Assembly: GCA_038523235.1 (NCBI GenBank)
Contig: JBCBJQ010000003.1
Span: 1-64,000, forward strand
DNA: 64,000 nt
Reading direction: 5' to 3'
DNA from: Cyanobacteria bacterium J06626_4
GTDB lineage: Bacteria; Cyanobacteriota; Cyanobacteriia; Phormidesmidales; Phormidesmidaceae
This document shows, piece after piece, positions 10,326 to 21,438 of the stretch. Under the pieces are notes generated by a model. The model saw only the letters and a program-made list of their open reading frames with translations, did no database searches and was not told the origin of the DNA. The position numbers were made by a program, and so were the translations under genes. Every line of letters starts with the position of its first letter. Position 1 is the first letter of the stretch.

Positions 10326-11372
10326 CTACAGCTTAAAGCCGTCGGATAGCCAGTCCTGCGGTTTGAGAAACACATCGCATAGCTGCTGCTCGGGCGTACC
10401 CAGTTCGGGTTGATAGCTGTATTCCCAGCGTACGAGGGGGGGCAGCGACATCAAGATCGATTCCGTACGGCCATTGGTTTGCAGCCCAAAAATCGTACCC
10501 CGGTCATAAACCAGGTTGAATTCGACATAGCGGCCCCGACGATAGAGCTGAAAATCACGCTCGCGATCGCCATAGGGGCGGTCTTTAGACTGCTCTGCAA
10601 TGGGCACATAGGCGGGCAAAAAGGCTTGGCCGCAGTCACTCACAAAGGCAAACAGCTCTTCCCAACTGCGCTGGGGCAGATCTCCCACTTGCTGGCTGTA
10701 CTGAGCGGCCTCACCGGTCTCATTCGGCCCTCGATAGAGCTGACCTAAGCCATCTTGATAGTCAAAGAAAATGCCCCCTACCCCACGCGTTTCGTTGCGG
10801 TGCTTGAGGTAGAAATACTCATCACACCACTGCTTAAAGCCGGGATAGTAGTTGGCATGGTGGCGATCGCAGGTGGCCTTCAGCGTACGGTGAAAATGCT
10901 GGACATCCGCCACATTGGGATAGTAGGGCGTGAGGTCAATACCGCCGCCAAACCACCAGACCGGCCCGGCTTCAAAATAGCGGTAGTTGAGGTGAACGGT
11001 GGGAATGTAAGGATTGTGGGGGTGTAACACCATGGACGTGCCGGTGGCATAAAAGCCGTGACCCGCCGCTTCGGGACGCTGCACCAAAATTGAGGGGGGT
11101 AACTGCTCGCCCCACACCTCTGAAAAGTTGACGCCGCCCTGCTCAAACACGCCGCCCTGCTTGATCACGCGCGAGCGACCGCCGCCGCCCTCGGGGCGTT
11201 CCCACTGATCTTGCTGAAAGGTGGCTCCCCCGTCTAACGCCTCTAGCCCCTGGCAAATCTCATCTTGAATACCCTGCATAAACTGACTGACGCGATCGCG
11301 AGAATCAGCTGGGGGAGCAGCCGGGGTCGGCGAGGTAGATTGAGAGCGCTGAGGCGCGGAAAAAGTCGTCAT
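10326..11372 (-). CDS. hemF: Oxygen-dependent coproporphyrinogen III oxidase
   Basis: [35 protein letters not shown] and [16 protein letters not shown] motifs. Confidence 0.97.
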   Translation of the reverse strand: MTTFSAPQRSQSTSPTPAAPPADSRDRVSQFMQGIQDEICQGLEALDGGATFQQDQWERPEGGGGRSRVIKQGGVFEQGGVNFSEVWGEQLPPSILVQRPEAAGHGFYATGTSMVLHPHNPYIPTVHLNYRYFEAGPVWWFGGGIDLTPYYPNVADVQHFHRTLKATCDRHHANYYPGFKQWCDEYFYLKHRNETRGVGGIFFDYQDGLGQLYRGPNETGEAAQYSQQVGDLPQRSWEELFAFVSDCGQAFLPAYVPIAEQSKDRPYGDRERDFQLYRRGRYVEFNLVYDRGTIFGLQTNGRTESILMSLPPLVRWEYSYQPELGTPEQQLCDVFLKPQDWLSDGFKL

Positions 11373-11733
11373 AGGGTGACAATCCTAATCAGCAGAATGA
11401 TGTAATGAACGCAGCGTTAAGGTCGGGCCGAAAACCGCGTCAAGCGAGACCTCACTAGCTGCAACCCCCCCCCTAGGTGTGCCACACTTTTGATGGCTGG
11501 CAAGGATGTTTTGAAGCGGGATACTGACGACCGGGAAGAACCGATGGAAGCCGCTGTTCAAACACAACCAATCCCTTGACCTAGCAGGAATTGAACGATT
11601 TTTACCCTACCGTGAATTGAGGGTTGAATGGCTGCTCAAAAACATTTCTCAATATTGAGAAGCCTAAATTTTTGAGACGGGAACCCGAATCAGCGCCGTT
11701 GGTGATTGAACATTAGCAAGACATTGACGTCAA

Positions 11734-11749
11734 TGTATTAACGCTTACA
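11734..11749. promoter_or_regulatory. NtcA-box consensus match (TGTA-N8-TACA)
   Basis: tGTAttaacgctTACa in the divergent hemF/SRPBCC intergenic region. Confidence 0.45.
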
Positions 11750-11871
11750 ATTCCCCAGACTCAAATATTTTGGCAATACGACTCTAAAACGTCGCTGGGA
11801 GACGATGCCAGTCTATTACCGCAGGCTAGAAAACGTTCTTTCTATTAAGACCATCGTCACATTTCCTCACC

Positions 11872-12414
11872 ATGAAAGTTTTTCGGTTTTTTAGACGGCA
11901 ACCCCCTCGCTCAATTCACTCGTTTCAGGCATCTAACGCGGACGCTAAGCAGTCTTTTTATCAGACCTATCAAGCCCTCAGCTCCGCCCCCGTCGAAACG
12001 CTTTGGCAAACCCTGATTAACCTGGCTGACCTCGCCTCTTGGCATCCGCTGATTGAGAGTACCAATGCGCCTCGCGGCCTGATGGCCAAACCCGGTTTGA
12101 TTTATCGGGTGTTTCCCCGCTGGTTGCCCATTCCCATTCGCATTTTTATCGAGCGCGTCTCTCCCCACGAGCTGATTAGTGTTCGTTTGTTTCCGGTGCC
12201 AGGGCTCGAGGAGCGCGTCGTCTATCGGCTGGAATCGACGGTGTGGGGCACTCGGATTTCCTACTCCATCAGTCTGCGTGGCTGGCTGTCGCCGGTGGCT
12301 TGGTCAGTGCTCAGACCTTTTGCCTCTAAGATGGCGGCGGCGATCGCCCGTGCTGCTGAAGAGGCGACGACAACAGCGCTACCCAGCCAAAAGCCCAGTC
12401 CTGAAGTCTGGTAA
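11872..12414 (+). CDS. SRPBCC / polyketide cyclase-like protein
   Basis: SSAPVETLWQTLINLADLASWHP start-like motif and C-terminal helix. Confidence 0.8.
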   Translation: MKVFRFFRRQPPRSIHSFQASNADAKQSFYQTYQALSSAPVETLWQTLINLADLASWHPLIESTNAPRGLMAKPGLIYRVFPRWLPIPIRIFIERVSPHELISVRLFPVPGLEERVVYRLESTVWGTRISYSISLRGWLSPVAWSVLRPFASKMAAAIARAAEEATTTALPSQKPSPEVW

Positions 12415-12502
12415 ATCGTTACCGACAAACCCCCGTTGGGCGGTGACGGCAAATCCCGTTGGCCGGGTCAGACCTCGATTTAGCCTCTAACAGGCCCTGC
12501 TC

Positions 12503-13684
12503 CTACAGCATCATGTAAGAGGACTCAGAGGCCAGCGTCGGCGGCGTCAGTTCGTGGTAAATCGCTTCTACCTGAGAGACATTTTTGGTCAGGGTATAGC
12601 GTTCCAGTACTCGCTGTCGGGCCTTTTGACCTAACAGGCGCGTCATTTCGGGATGATCGCGAAAGATCGGCAAAATAGTTTGCAGCTGATGGCTCACTCG
12701 CTGAGTGTCGATCACGATGCCCGCGCCATCCTCCAAAACTTCTCCGTCGGCTCCCGCATCGGTCGCAATGCAGGCCGTGCCGCAGGCCATGGCTTCTAGC
12801 AGCGACAGCGACAATCCCTCCACCAGAGAGGGCAACAAAAAGGCATCAGCCCCTCGCAGAATATCGATGCGGCGGGCTTCATCTTTGACGAACCCGAGCC
12901 AATGAATCGAATCATCGTGACCATAAAATAGCTTCAACGAGGACTCTAAGGGGCCATTCCCCACGATCGCCAGCAGGCAATCAGGCCCCATCTGAGCTTG
13001 TCGCCACGCCCGCAGCAAGGCCTCAACGTTTTTTTCGGGGGAGAGGCGGCCCTGGTAGACCAGCAGTTGACGCACTTGCAAAGTTGATTTGATCGCCGAT
13101 GGGCCAGGCGAATACTTCCCCACATCAACGCCGTTCGGAATCACTGCTAACGTCTCTGGGGGCACCCCCAAGCGCATCAATAAATCGCGCTGCAGTTTAG
13201 AAAAAACAATCACGCGATCGCAGCGGGCCAGCATTGGGGCGTAGACCTGATAAGTGACGTGCTGAGCACCCGAACTCAAGGTCCTAAGCTTGCGATCAAA
13301 GGCAGGGTGAAACGTCACCACCAAGGGCAATTGCAAAGACGCACAGATTTCGGGCAGCCGAAAGTCTAAGGGCGACAGTGTCAGCGAAGCATGAACGACA
13401 TCGGGCTTTACCCGGTCTAGAGTATTATGCAGCAGCTTGCCAGACTTCCAGGCTGGCACTGTCAGAATTTGTGACTTGAACAGAAACGGCAGAGCCACTT
13501 CCTGGCAAAGGGGTGCCGATGTGGGTCGCCCCCAAGCACCAGCGGCGTCAGGCTGCGGCTGACCGTGATCAAAATGTAGAAAGGTGACCTGGTAACCGCG
13601 CTCTAGCAACGCTTGAGTAATTTCTCGGCTGTAGGTGACATTTCCACAAAACGGTGATTTTTTGCCAAGCCATGCTACATGCAT
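12503..13684 (-). CDS. dgdA: GT4 glycosyltransferase, probable digalactosyldiacylglycerol synthase
   Basis: MHVAWLGKKSPFCGNVTY N-terminus as I recall it for cyanobacterial DgdA; GT4 motif EGLSLSLLEAMACG; recO-MFS-GT4 gene order. Confidence 0.7.
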   Translation of the reverse strand: MHVAWLGKKSPFCGNVTYSREITQALLERGYQVTFLHFDHGQPQPDAAGAWGRPTSAPLCQEVALPFLFKSQILTVPAWKSGKLLHNTLDRVKPDVVHASLTLSPLDFRLPEICASLQLPLVVTFHPAFDRKLRTLSSGAQHVTYQVYAPMLARCDRVIVFSKLQRDLLMRLGVPPETLAVIPNGVDVGKYSPGPSAIKSTLQVRQLLVYQGRLSPEKNVEALLRAWRQAQMGPDCLLAIVGNGPLESSLKLFYGHDDSIHWLGFVKDEARRIDILRGADAFLLPSLVEGLSLSLLEAMACGTACIATDAGADGEVLEDGAGIVIDTQRVSHQLQTILPIFRDHPEMTRLLGQKARQRVLERYTLTKNVSQVEAIYHELTPPTLASESSYMML

Positions 13685-13747
13685 CTAACAGGGAAGAAGC
13701 CTTTTTATCCGCTGATTTCGGGCAGTTGACCAACAATCGCCTAAAAA

Positions 13748-15196
13748 CTAGGCGCGATCGCCCTCCTGCTCAGCCAGAGAGGCGTCTACCGTGCTGTCAT
13801 CACCCGTACCGGCACTATACCAGGTCAGCAGACCCCCCGTAGCGGTGGCCCCACCCAGGATCAGCAGAACCAGCGGTAGTCCGAGCCAGCTTTCGGCAAT
13901 GCTGGCGAGCGCCAAAGGGAGACTCAGAGCAATGTTGACCACGTTATTTTGTAAGCCAAACACCTTGCCTCGCATGGCGGCTGGTGTTTCTTCTTGAATC
14001 GTCGTCTGCATGGGAATCCCAATGGAGGCAGCAAAGAATCCCAATAGGGCAATGAGCATCAGGATCGGCCAGAGTTGCTGTGTCACCCCCGCCATGGCCG
14101 CTAACACCCCCGCCATCCCTAAAGAACCGAAAAGGCTGAGTCGCCCTCGATTAATCCGCTGACCAAACTGTCCAATCACCGCCGCGCCCACTGCCATGCC
14201 GGCCCCCGCCGCGGCGAGTAAAAAGCCAAACTGTGATGACTTGATCGCAGGCATCACTTCCGCTAGGCGCACGGCTAACACAGCCAGGGCTGCAAACACC
14301 GAAAACAGTAAGACCAGCTGCAGAATGGCATTGCGTACTACCGGCTTCTGTCCCAGATACCGTACCCCTTCTTTAATGTCTTCCCAGGGGTGCGGGGCAT
14401 CGTGGGGCGTCAGATTTTCTGCCGGTGGATTGACCAATAGCAAGAGGAGGCCCGCCACGGCATAGCCGCCTCCGACTAGCACTGATTTGCCCCACCCGGC
14501 GCCGCCATCGATCGCGGCCAAAGCGGTATCAGCCAAACGCAGCAGCGGCTCCCCAATCGCAAAGCCCACAATTACCGACGCCATCATGGTGGTGGTGTAA
14601 AGCGAGTTGGCGGAAAGCAACCGCGACCTTTTGACAATGAGCGGAATGATCGCTTGCTCAGCGGGGGCAAAAAACTGAGTGAGTGTCGATACGGCAAAGG
14701 TGATCGCCAAGAGTAGCGCAAATCCTAACGGTACCGGCCCCACTTGGCCCCAATCTTCTGCCAGCCACAGACCCAGGGGCAAGGCAATGACCAGTGCGCC
14801 CCGCAGTAAATTCGTGAGGACTAGAACGCTCTGCTTATTCCACCGATCTACATAGACCCCAGCCAGTGACCCAAACAGCACCGCCGGAATCGTAAAGGCC
14901 ACCATCACCGCTGACACCCAACCACTAATAGCCTGGCCTGGTGCTTCAAAGCGACTGCCAATGATGGCAATCATCAGCACCAAATAGACCTTATCGGCCA
15001 GTTGCGAAAAGATTTGACCACTCCACAGCACTAAAAAGCTGCGGTTTTGGAGCACTGGCCAAAATCCATTATCTTCTGACGTCGCTGCTTCTGAGAATGC
15101 AGAGGCGTCCCCTTCAGCCGCTGCAGCCGAACTGGGTGCAGGCGTCGCGGCGGCCGAGTCATCGTTCGAGAGCGTGGATTCAGAGTCGCGCAACAT
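13748..15196 (-). CDS. MFS transporter
   Basis: About 12 hydrophobic segments; motif A-like GVYVDRWNKQ. Confidence 0.9.
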   Translation of the reverse strand: MLRDSESTLSNDDSAAATPAPSSAAAAEGDASAFSEAATSEDNGFWPVLQNRSFLVLWSGQIFSQLADKVYLVLMIAIIGSRFEAPGQAISGWVSAVMVAFTIPAVLFGSLAGVYVDRWNKQSVLVLTNLLRGALVIALPLGLWLAEDWGQVGPVPLGFALLLAITFAVSTLTQFFAPAEQAIIPLIVKRSRLLSANSLYTTTMMASVIVGFAIGEPLLRLADTALAAIDGGAGWGKSVLVGGGYAVAGLLLLLVNPPAENLTPHDAPHPWEDIKEGVRYLGQKPVVRNAILQLVLLFSVFAALAVLAVRLAEVMPAIKSSQFGFLLAAAGAGMAVGAAVIGQFGQRINRGRLSLFGSLGMAGVLAAMAGVTQQLWPILMLIALLGFFAASIGIPMQTTIQEETPAAMRGKVFGLQNNVVNIALSLPLALASIAESWLGLPLVLLILGGATATGGLLTWYSAGTGDDSTVDASLAEQEGDRA

Positions 15197-15205
15197 TCAA
15201 CTATC

Positions 15206-16104
15206 TCAAAGGGCCGCAACGGGAAAGCAAGCATCAATCAGCGTCGCTGATCGAATCGGACGGTCAAAGTGATATTCAGCATACTGACGTAGCAGCCTTT
15301 CGAGCTTAAGCCAAGTGGCTCTGGCGGACGGCCCCTCATCGGTAGATGTCAATCGGGGCATCGGTGCCTCAACGTTTGAGTAGCTCAACTGCTGCAATAA
15401 GCTCAGCTCTTGAGCCGTAATCAGCGTGGGTCGGGCCGCGCGGGTTGATCGCCTTTGCCCCTGCCCAACTCGCGAGTTACTTCCAGCGTACCGTCCGACG
15501 GGCATTCTCGCTCGGGGCGACGCCATTGGCAGCTGGGCCATCTGTTCGAGGCTGACCAAGCCACCAGACACGGCACTAAACCCCACTTGCCAATCAGGCT
15601 GGGTCGGGTCGGGGGCAATGTCAACCTGGCTGACGCTGCAGCGATCGAGGTCTGGCGCCACCCAGCAGCAATCAAAAGTTGCACAATCCCCTGCGTTAGG
15701 GCAGCCAGAATGTCGTTTCCCTGGGCCTGCTCTAGCTGCTGGAGCTGCGCTACCAACAGCCCAAAGAGTTCTTCCTGAGGTTGTTCGCTGAGCGCCTGAT
15801 ACAACACTAACTCGGCCAAATACTGACTCGCGGTCAGCCGCGCTAGGTCAGCCGACAGGCCAGGAAAGGAGCGGATCGTTTCTGCCTGCACCAGTTTGTC
15901 TAAGCTTTTGCCCTGAACGATAAACAGCTCATTGACCACAAACTGACTGCTACGTCCCCCCAAGCGCGATTTATGTTTGCGCGCACCGGGTACGATTACT
16001 CGCACGAGGCCCTGCTCAATCGTCAAAATCGTGACGAGGCGATCGGTTTCGCCCATGGGTATGCCCTTGAGATTGATTCCGGTGGCTTTGTATGAGCGAC
16101 TCAT
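15206..16104 (-). CDS. recO: DNA repair protein RecO; apparent frameshift near 15661
   Basis: The N-terminal ORF (MSRSYKATGINLKGIPMGETDRL) and C-terminal ORF (APDLDRCS...AEYHFDRPIRSA) join as AAG-VAP if the ccc at 15661-15663 were cccc. Confidence 0.9.
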
Positions 16105-16798
16105 AAATGGCGAAGACTTTCGACAAGTTTATCGAAATTAAGCGTTAAGAACTCAATCGGAGAGCGGTTCAGCAATATCGTCATGGATATAGTGAGCTGA
16201 CGCAGAACTGCGCAATAGACCATGAGTTTGGCACAGCTTAACAGGGTTATAAGTGCCGGAATTGAGAGTGCTCTTAGTGAGCTTTGAATGGGCTTAGCAT
16301 AGGTTCATCGAAGATTTGTCGAAGCCACGTTTCAGCGAGCCAGACGACAACAAGCCGATAGTGGGGGCCAGAAAGCTTGACTGAGCCTGCTTGAAGCGAG
16401 GTGACTGTCATTCTCAGCCCTGCCGCCATCGGTGGCGACTCTGTTGCACTGGCGGGGCCGTTTGTCGCTCTAGTTAACATCGAGCGTGGCTGATTCTGAG
16501 AATGAATCTATTTTTGCAAGCCCTAGCAAAATCAGGGTCTCTGCAACCCATTCATGCCTCATTGCCTAGAATTGCCTGCCCCACTGGACTATTTGTCCTA
16601 CTTGCTAGAGCGGACACGTCATATCAGCGGCGGATGGCGGGCGGGCGAGTGGCCTCTGTGGATTTTATTGAGGGTTATCGCGACAGTCCACCAGGGCCGC
16701 TGCTGCTCAGAGATTGGTGCCCAGAAACACGTCTCAAACAGTGAGATCGGAGTAAACTGCAAGCGGTAGACTTGAAGCATACGGCTCAGGGTTGATTA

Positions 16799-17119
16799 GT
16801 GATTCACCTGGTGATTGGGTTGAATGTGGCGATCGCGCTGTTTGGGTTTGGTTTAGCCTGGCGCATCTGGCGGCTAAAACGCACACTGACGTCAGCAACT
16901 GTTGTCATTGCCGCGTGGGAACGCCATGTCCATGGCTTGCTCGATTCTCAAACCACGCCTGCTTTAATTTTGCACGGGCAACGGGCAACAGCCTCCACCC
17001 GTCAGCGATATTTCCAGTTACAGCGACAGCTACAGCAGCTACAAAGGATTTTTGCGATCGCCTTGATGATTCTACGGTTTTGGCCCCAAGGCTCTCGCAA
17101 ATCGCAGCACAGACCGTAG
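16799..17119 (+). CDS. Small membrane protein, hypothetical
   Basis: N-terminal TM helix and coiled-coil-like stretch; first gene of the run with YtxH and DUF948. Confidence 0.65.
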   Translation: MIHLVIGLNVAIALFGFGLAWRIWRLKRTLTSATVVIAAWERHVHGLLDSQTTPALILHGQRATASTRQRYFQLQRQLQQLQRIFAIALMILRFWPQGSRKSQHRP

Positions 17120-17210
17120 CATCAGTGACTCAACGGGAGGCCCATCGCGACGGCCTCGTAACGCTCAGACCGAACCCCCATCGCAGTGGCTTAACAAGGA
17201 GTTGCAACCC

Positions 17211-17543
17211 ATGGCAGACAATAAATCCGGAGCATTTTTAGGTGGTGTCGTCATCGGGACGGCCATTGGCACTGTAACGGGCCTATTGGTCGCGCCGCGT
17301 CCCGGCCGAGAGACCCGGCAATTTTTGCGCAAATCAGCCGATGCCCTGCCTGAGATGGTTGAAGATCTGGCCACCTCTCTACAGTTGCAGACCGATCGCC
17401 TGTCAGAAACGTCGCTGCGTCGCTGGGAAGCTACGCTGATCCGCCTACGCGAAGCGATCGCGGCGGGTCAAGCAGCGTCTCAACGCGAATATGCCGATTT
17501 GGTTGGCCCCGATGCAACCCCCTCAAACGGTTACGAAGACTAA
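17211..17543 (+). CDS. YtxH domain protein
   Basis: FLGGVVIGTAIGTVTGLLVAPRPGRETR motif. Confidence 0.85.
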   Translation: MADNKSGAFLGGVVIGTAIGTVTGLLVAPRPGRETRQFLRKSADALPEMVEDLATSLQLQTDRLSETSLRRWEATLIRLREAIAAGQAASQREYADLVGPDATPSNGYED

Positions 17544-17568
17544 CGCCAAATGGTTTTAGAACGCCGCT

Positions 17569-18168
17569 GTGATTGATCCCGTTTTCTGGTTAGTGCTCTC
17601 GTTTGTGCTGGTGTCGGTGAGTTTGACAGCAGTACTGGTGGTGCTAGTGCCCGCCGTCCGAGAACTTAGCCGCGCCGCTCGCAGCGTCGAAAAGCTGTGC
17701 GATACGCTCAACCACGATTTGCCGCCAACGCTAGAAGCCATTCGCCTCACCAGTGTTGAAATCAATAGCCTCACCGACGATGTAAACGAAGGCGTGCAAA
17801 ATGCAGGCCGAGTGGTTCAGCATGTCGATGAAAGTGTCAGCACGATGCGCGTGCAGGCCAAACGGGCGCAGATTGGCACCCGTACCCTGGTCGCCGGCCT
17901 CAGTACAGCTTGGACAACCTTTACCCAACCGGCAACCAACGGTGATCGTCCGACTGGCCAGTCAGCTAAACCAACCCTCAGCAACCCGACACCCGATCAG
18001 AAAGCTCAGCCTGTTGTCGAGCCCTCATCATCAGTTTCACCGACACCAGCCCCAGCGCCTGACAGTAGTCCTGTGCCCCCCTCCTCAATGCCATCGACTG
18101 AGACTCAGCAACTTGCCGCTCAACCCCAGACCGCGACGGACGCACCGGGAAATAGCGAGATTCCCTGA
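17569..18168 (+). CDS. DUF948-like membrane-anchored protein with Pro/Ser/Thr-rich tail
   Basis: N-terminal TM, ELSRAARSVEKLCDTLNHDLPPTLEAIRLT, low-complexity C-terminus. Confidence 0.75.
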   Translation: MIDPVFWLVLSFVLVSVSLTAVLVVLVPAVRELSRAARSVEKLCDTLNHDLPPTLEAIRLTSVEINSLTDDVNEGVQNAGRVVQHVDESVSTMRVQAKRAQIGTRTLVAGLSTAWTTFTQPATNGDRPTGQSAKPTLSNPTPDQKAQPVVEPSSSVSPTPAPAPDSSPVPPSSMPSTETQQLAAQPQTATDAPGNSEIP

Positions 18169-18284
18169 ACGCTCTCACCGGGATTTTCTGAGAACCTGTG
18201 ACTGATCCCTTAGAATAAGTTAAACATCTGTAACAAACGAGAGTCAGTCTGAGTCAGACTCTCAAACAGTCAGCTAATTTACGC

Positions 18285-19118
18285 GTGGAATATATGGGCA
18301 TTTCGATGGGTTCTTGGGTGAAGGGACAGCCGCTCCGGTGGCTGCTCGCAATTTGGGTGAGCGTGGCCTGCTGGTCGTTTGCGGCTGCTCCCGCCGCTGC
18401 CTATGACAATCCCGAACTCTTGCCTGAAGAACCTACGCTGATTATTGACCTGGCGAAGTCGCTCAGTGGTGCTGAGGAAGAACGACTTAACGACAGGCTG
18501 CAAAATTTTGAAGATGAGAGCGGCTGGAAGTTAAGAGTCTTAACCCAATACGATCGCACCCCCGGGCGCGCGGTGAAGGAATACTGGGGTTTAGACGAGC
18601 GAAGTGTACTACTGATCGCCGACCCTCGGGGCGGTAACCTCCTCAACTTCAGCGTTGGCGATGCCTTGTTTGACCTGCTACCCCGCACCTTTTGGATTGA
18701 GCTACAAACGCGCTACGGCAACCAATTCTTTGTCCGCGATAATGGGGAAAATCTGGCCATCATTGAAGCATTGGGCGCGATCGAAACCTGTTTACGTAAA
18801 GATGGCTGCGCCGTCGTGCCGGGCTTGCCCCAAGAACAGTGGATTTTGACATTGATTACATCGGTGGTGGGCGGCGTCATTGCCGGATTTGCCGGTCATC
18901 CTCGTAAACCAGGCCAAATCATTGCTTGGCAGTGGGTGCTGATTTTCTCTCCTCTATGGGGCATTCTCTTTTTCGCCTTTGGCCTCGGTCCTGTCGTCAC
19001 TCGCACCAGCGACTGGATTCCTCTAACCCGCAATGTGACCGGCTTCGCGATCGGCTTCCTGGTAGCCTTCCTCAGCCCTGGTTTAGGCGGCGACCCCTCG
19101 TCTACTTCAGAAACTTGA
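18285..19118 (+). CDS. TPM domain thylakoid/membrane protein
   Basis: Signal peptide, YDNPELLP...GWKLRVLTQ...YGNQFFVRDNGE and C-terminal TM helices. Confidence 0.85.
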   Translation: MEYMGISMGSWVKGQPLRWLLAIWVSVACWSFAAAPAAAYDNPELLPEEPTLIIDLAKSLSGAEEERLNDRLQNFEDESGWKLRVLTQYDRTPGRAVKEYWGLDERSVLLIADPRGGNLLNFSVGDALFDLLPRTFWIELQTRYGNQFFVRDNGENLAIIEALGAIETCLRKDGCAVVPGLPQEQWILTLITSVVGGVIAGFAGHPRKPGQIIAWQWVLIFSPLWGILFFAFGLGPVVTRTSDWIPLTRNVTGFAIGFLVAFLSPGLGGDPSSTSET

Positions 19119-19144
19119 TGACCCAGTGCTAAATCTGTGCCCTT

Positions 19145-19430
19145 CCGAGTTCGGCGATGCATCGCTGAACTCGGTATTTATGTGGGTCATCCCGCGACAG
19201 GGCTGCACAATTCTCCTGCTCCCCTGAGAAAAATATAGCTTTAGCCATCTAGGCTAGGACACCGAGTATCATTCGGTTGCATCGTGAATTCAGGCAACTT
19301 TCTTGGCACCAGAGACTCCGAACTGGAGCACCACGCAAACCGTTTCCAGCCGCCTCTCTCAACAAGCGCCTCTTGCCGCACTCCACCTTCCGAATTCCAA
19401 ACTTCACCTTCCGAATTCTGTCTTCATCCG
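19145..19430. repeat. Decayed repeat zone: 30-bp palindrome plus short tandem-like repeats
   Basis: ccgagttcggcgatgcatcgctgaactcgg (19145-19174), related accgag...ttgcatcg near 19261, and caccttccgaattc twice near 19384-19418. Confidence 0.5.
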
Positions 19431-19592
19431 AACTCATCGAAACTTCACAAGGCTTTTATAAAGTTCCCGTAAAACTACGGAGATAGCGTTGACGCTGCCC
19501 AAACCCCATCCTCTATGGTGGTTAGTGAATTGAGTCGCGCGATGGCAGGCTGATCGAGCGATCGCTGACTCGCATGATGCTGTGATCTGAGA

Positions 19593-20663
19593 GTGGGTGC
19601 AATGAAATCAGTCTTTGTTTCTGCTGGTATTGCTGTCATTGCGGCGATCGCTCCGTTAGAAGCGCAGGCGGCCTCTTTTAGTCAGTTATATGTCTTTGGC
19701 GACAGCCTGGTGGATGCGGGCAATATCTTTCGCGCCTCTTCGGCACTATCGCCCCTCGGCATTCCTCAATCGCCACCCTACGCTCAGCGCTTATCCAACG
19801 GGCCTGTCTGGGTCGAGTATTTAGCCGATTCCTTTGAATTGGAACCGGCTTTATTTGCGGATCTGCTACTGAACCCGCTCGCAACCGACGTGAGTGAAGG
19901 CATCCATTTTGGGGTGGCCGGTGCCAGTACCGGCACTGACAACACGGTTGTCCCCGACTTTCTACTCGATACGGGCGCTCTAGCTCAAGTCACTGCCTTC
20001 AGCAGCTTTGTCGACTTCTCTGGGTTGCCGCCTGCCGAGGATGCGCTGTTTGTTTATCTGGCGGGCGGCAACGATTTTGCCGGAAGTGAGACTATGCCTG
20101 CGGAAACTGATATTACCGTGCCGCTGCAAAATACCTCCACAGCGCTGCAAACTTTAGTTGGCAGCGGGGCCAAAAACATCCTTGTCAGTGGCCTGCCTGA
20201 CCTGAGCTTGACGCCGCGCTTTTCGGGAACGCCTGAAGCGCCAACGCTCAGCAGCCGTGTGACTGACTACAACACTGCTCTGTCTGCTTTGGTTGAAGAT
20301 TTTGTCTCAGCCACACCGGATGTCAATTTCATTGACTTTGATCTGAATGGGGAAGTGCTGAACGCGATCGCTAATCCCGACAAGTTTGATTTTGCCAATG
20401 TGACCGAGGCTTGCCTGACTGATTACAGCTTTCCGATTGATTTGGATGGCTTCACCGTGTGTGATACTCCCGATCAATTCTTATTTTGGGACGATTTTCA
20501 TCCCACCACTCAGGGGCACAAATTCGTTGCGCAAGCAGCATTGAGTCAGTTGCGTGGGCGTGATTCCGACCCCAAAACGGCCTCGATTCCTGAACCGGGA
20601 ATGGTCGGGGGAATGCTGGTGTTGATGGCGGCAGCAGGTGGAACTCGTTTACTCCGCCGTTGA
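19593..20663 (+). CDS. SGNH/GDSL hydrolase with PEP-CTERM sorting signal
   Basis: FGDSL, GGND and WDDFHP catalytic blocks; tail IPEP + hydrophobic helix + RLLRR. Confidence 0.92.
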   Translation: MGAMKSVFVSAGIAVIAAIAPLEAQAASFSQLYVFGDSLVDAGNIFRASSALSPLGIPQSPPYAQRLSNGPVWVEYLADSFELEPALFADLLLNPLATDVSEGIHFGVAGASTGTDNTVVPDFLLDTGALAQVTAFSSFVDFSGLPPAEDALFVYLAGGNDFAGSETMPAETDITVPLQNTSTALQTLVGSGAKNILVSGLPDLSLTPRFSGTPEAPTLSSRVTDYNTALSALVEDFVSATPDVNFIDFDLNGEVLNAIANPDKFDFANVTEACLTDYSFPIDLDGFTVCDTPDQFLFWDDFHPTTQGHKFVAQAALSQLRGRDSDPKTASIPEPGMVGGMLVLMAAAGGTRLLRR

Positions 20664-20748
20664 ATAAGCACATCGAAGCGAGACCCGCAAATGCGGGCAA
20701 AGTCACGCTGAAAGTTCCAGCTTTTCTGCTCTATGCCCTTCGTCTGCG

Positions 20749-21438
20749 TCATCGTTTCCTGGCTGACGCGTGTCCAGCATCTTCACCCCAAAGTTGACTG
20801 AGTCGCTGGTCGCGGCCGCAACCAAAGCGATAGACCTTGTAGCGCACGGGGTGAGTCTTGTAATAGTTTTGGTGATAGTCTTCGGCGGGGTAAAACGTTG
20901 CGGCGGCTCGGATATCAGTCGCAACCTCTGCAGTAAATTGACCTGATTCAGACAAGGTGGCTTTTGACGCGATCGCGGCGGCTCGTTGCGCCTCATTTTG
21001 ATAAAAGATCGCCGACTGATACTGACTGCCCTTATCGCAAAACTGTCCTCGGCGATCAACCGGGTCAACATTGTGCCAAAACACGTCCAGCAGGGTTTCG
21101 TAGCTGACCTGACTGGGCTCATAAGTCACTTTAACGGCTTCGACATGGCCAGTGCCACCGGCTGAGACTTGATAATAACCGGGATTTTCCACCGTGCCGC
21201 CTGTATAGCCAGAGGTCGTGTCAATCACGCCAGGCAGCTCATCAAATGGCTGTTCCATGCACCAGAAGCAGCCTCCGGCAAAGACGGCAGTGGCTGCAGG
21301 AGTGTCTTCAGCTGCAGCATTAACGGGGACAGTAAATCCGAGCCAGAGGATAACCACTCCTAGCAATACGTTGATCCAGCGTTGTTTCATTGTTGATCCA
21401 GCTTGAGACCGAGGAGCATTAATTTCTCTTAAAACCAT
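20749..21438 (-). CDS. msrA: Peptide methionine sulfoxide reductase MsrA, probably exported
   Basis: FAGGCFWC, GYTGG and AEDYHQNYY motifs; signal-peptide-like N-terminus. Confidence 0.95.
   Translation of the reverse strand: MVLREINAPRSQAGSTMKQRWINVLLGVVILWLGFTVPVNAAAEDTPAATAVFAGGCFWCMEQPFDELPGVIDTTSGYTGGTVENPGYYQVSAGGTGHVEAVKVTYEPSQVSYETLLDVFWHNVDPVDRRGQFCDKGSQYQSAIFYQNEAQRAAAIASKATLSESGQFTAEVATDIRAAATFYPAEDYHQNYYKTHPVRYKVYRFGCGRDQRLSQLWGEDAGHASARKR

Noticed and set aside
16105..16798. Short ORFs in the recO upstream gap; likewise 31709-32023, 32353-32616 and 58389-58685
   Set aside because: No clear RBS, domain or convincing composition; treated as chance ORFs.
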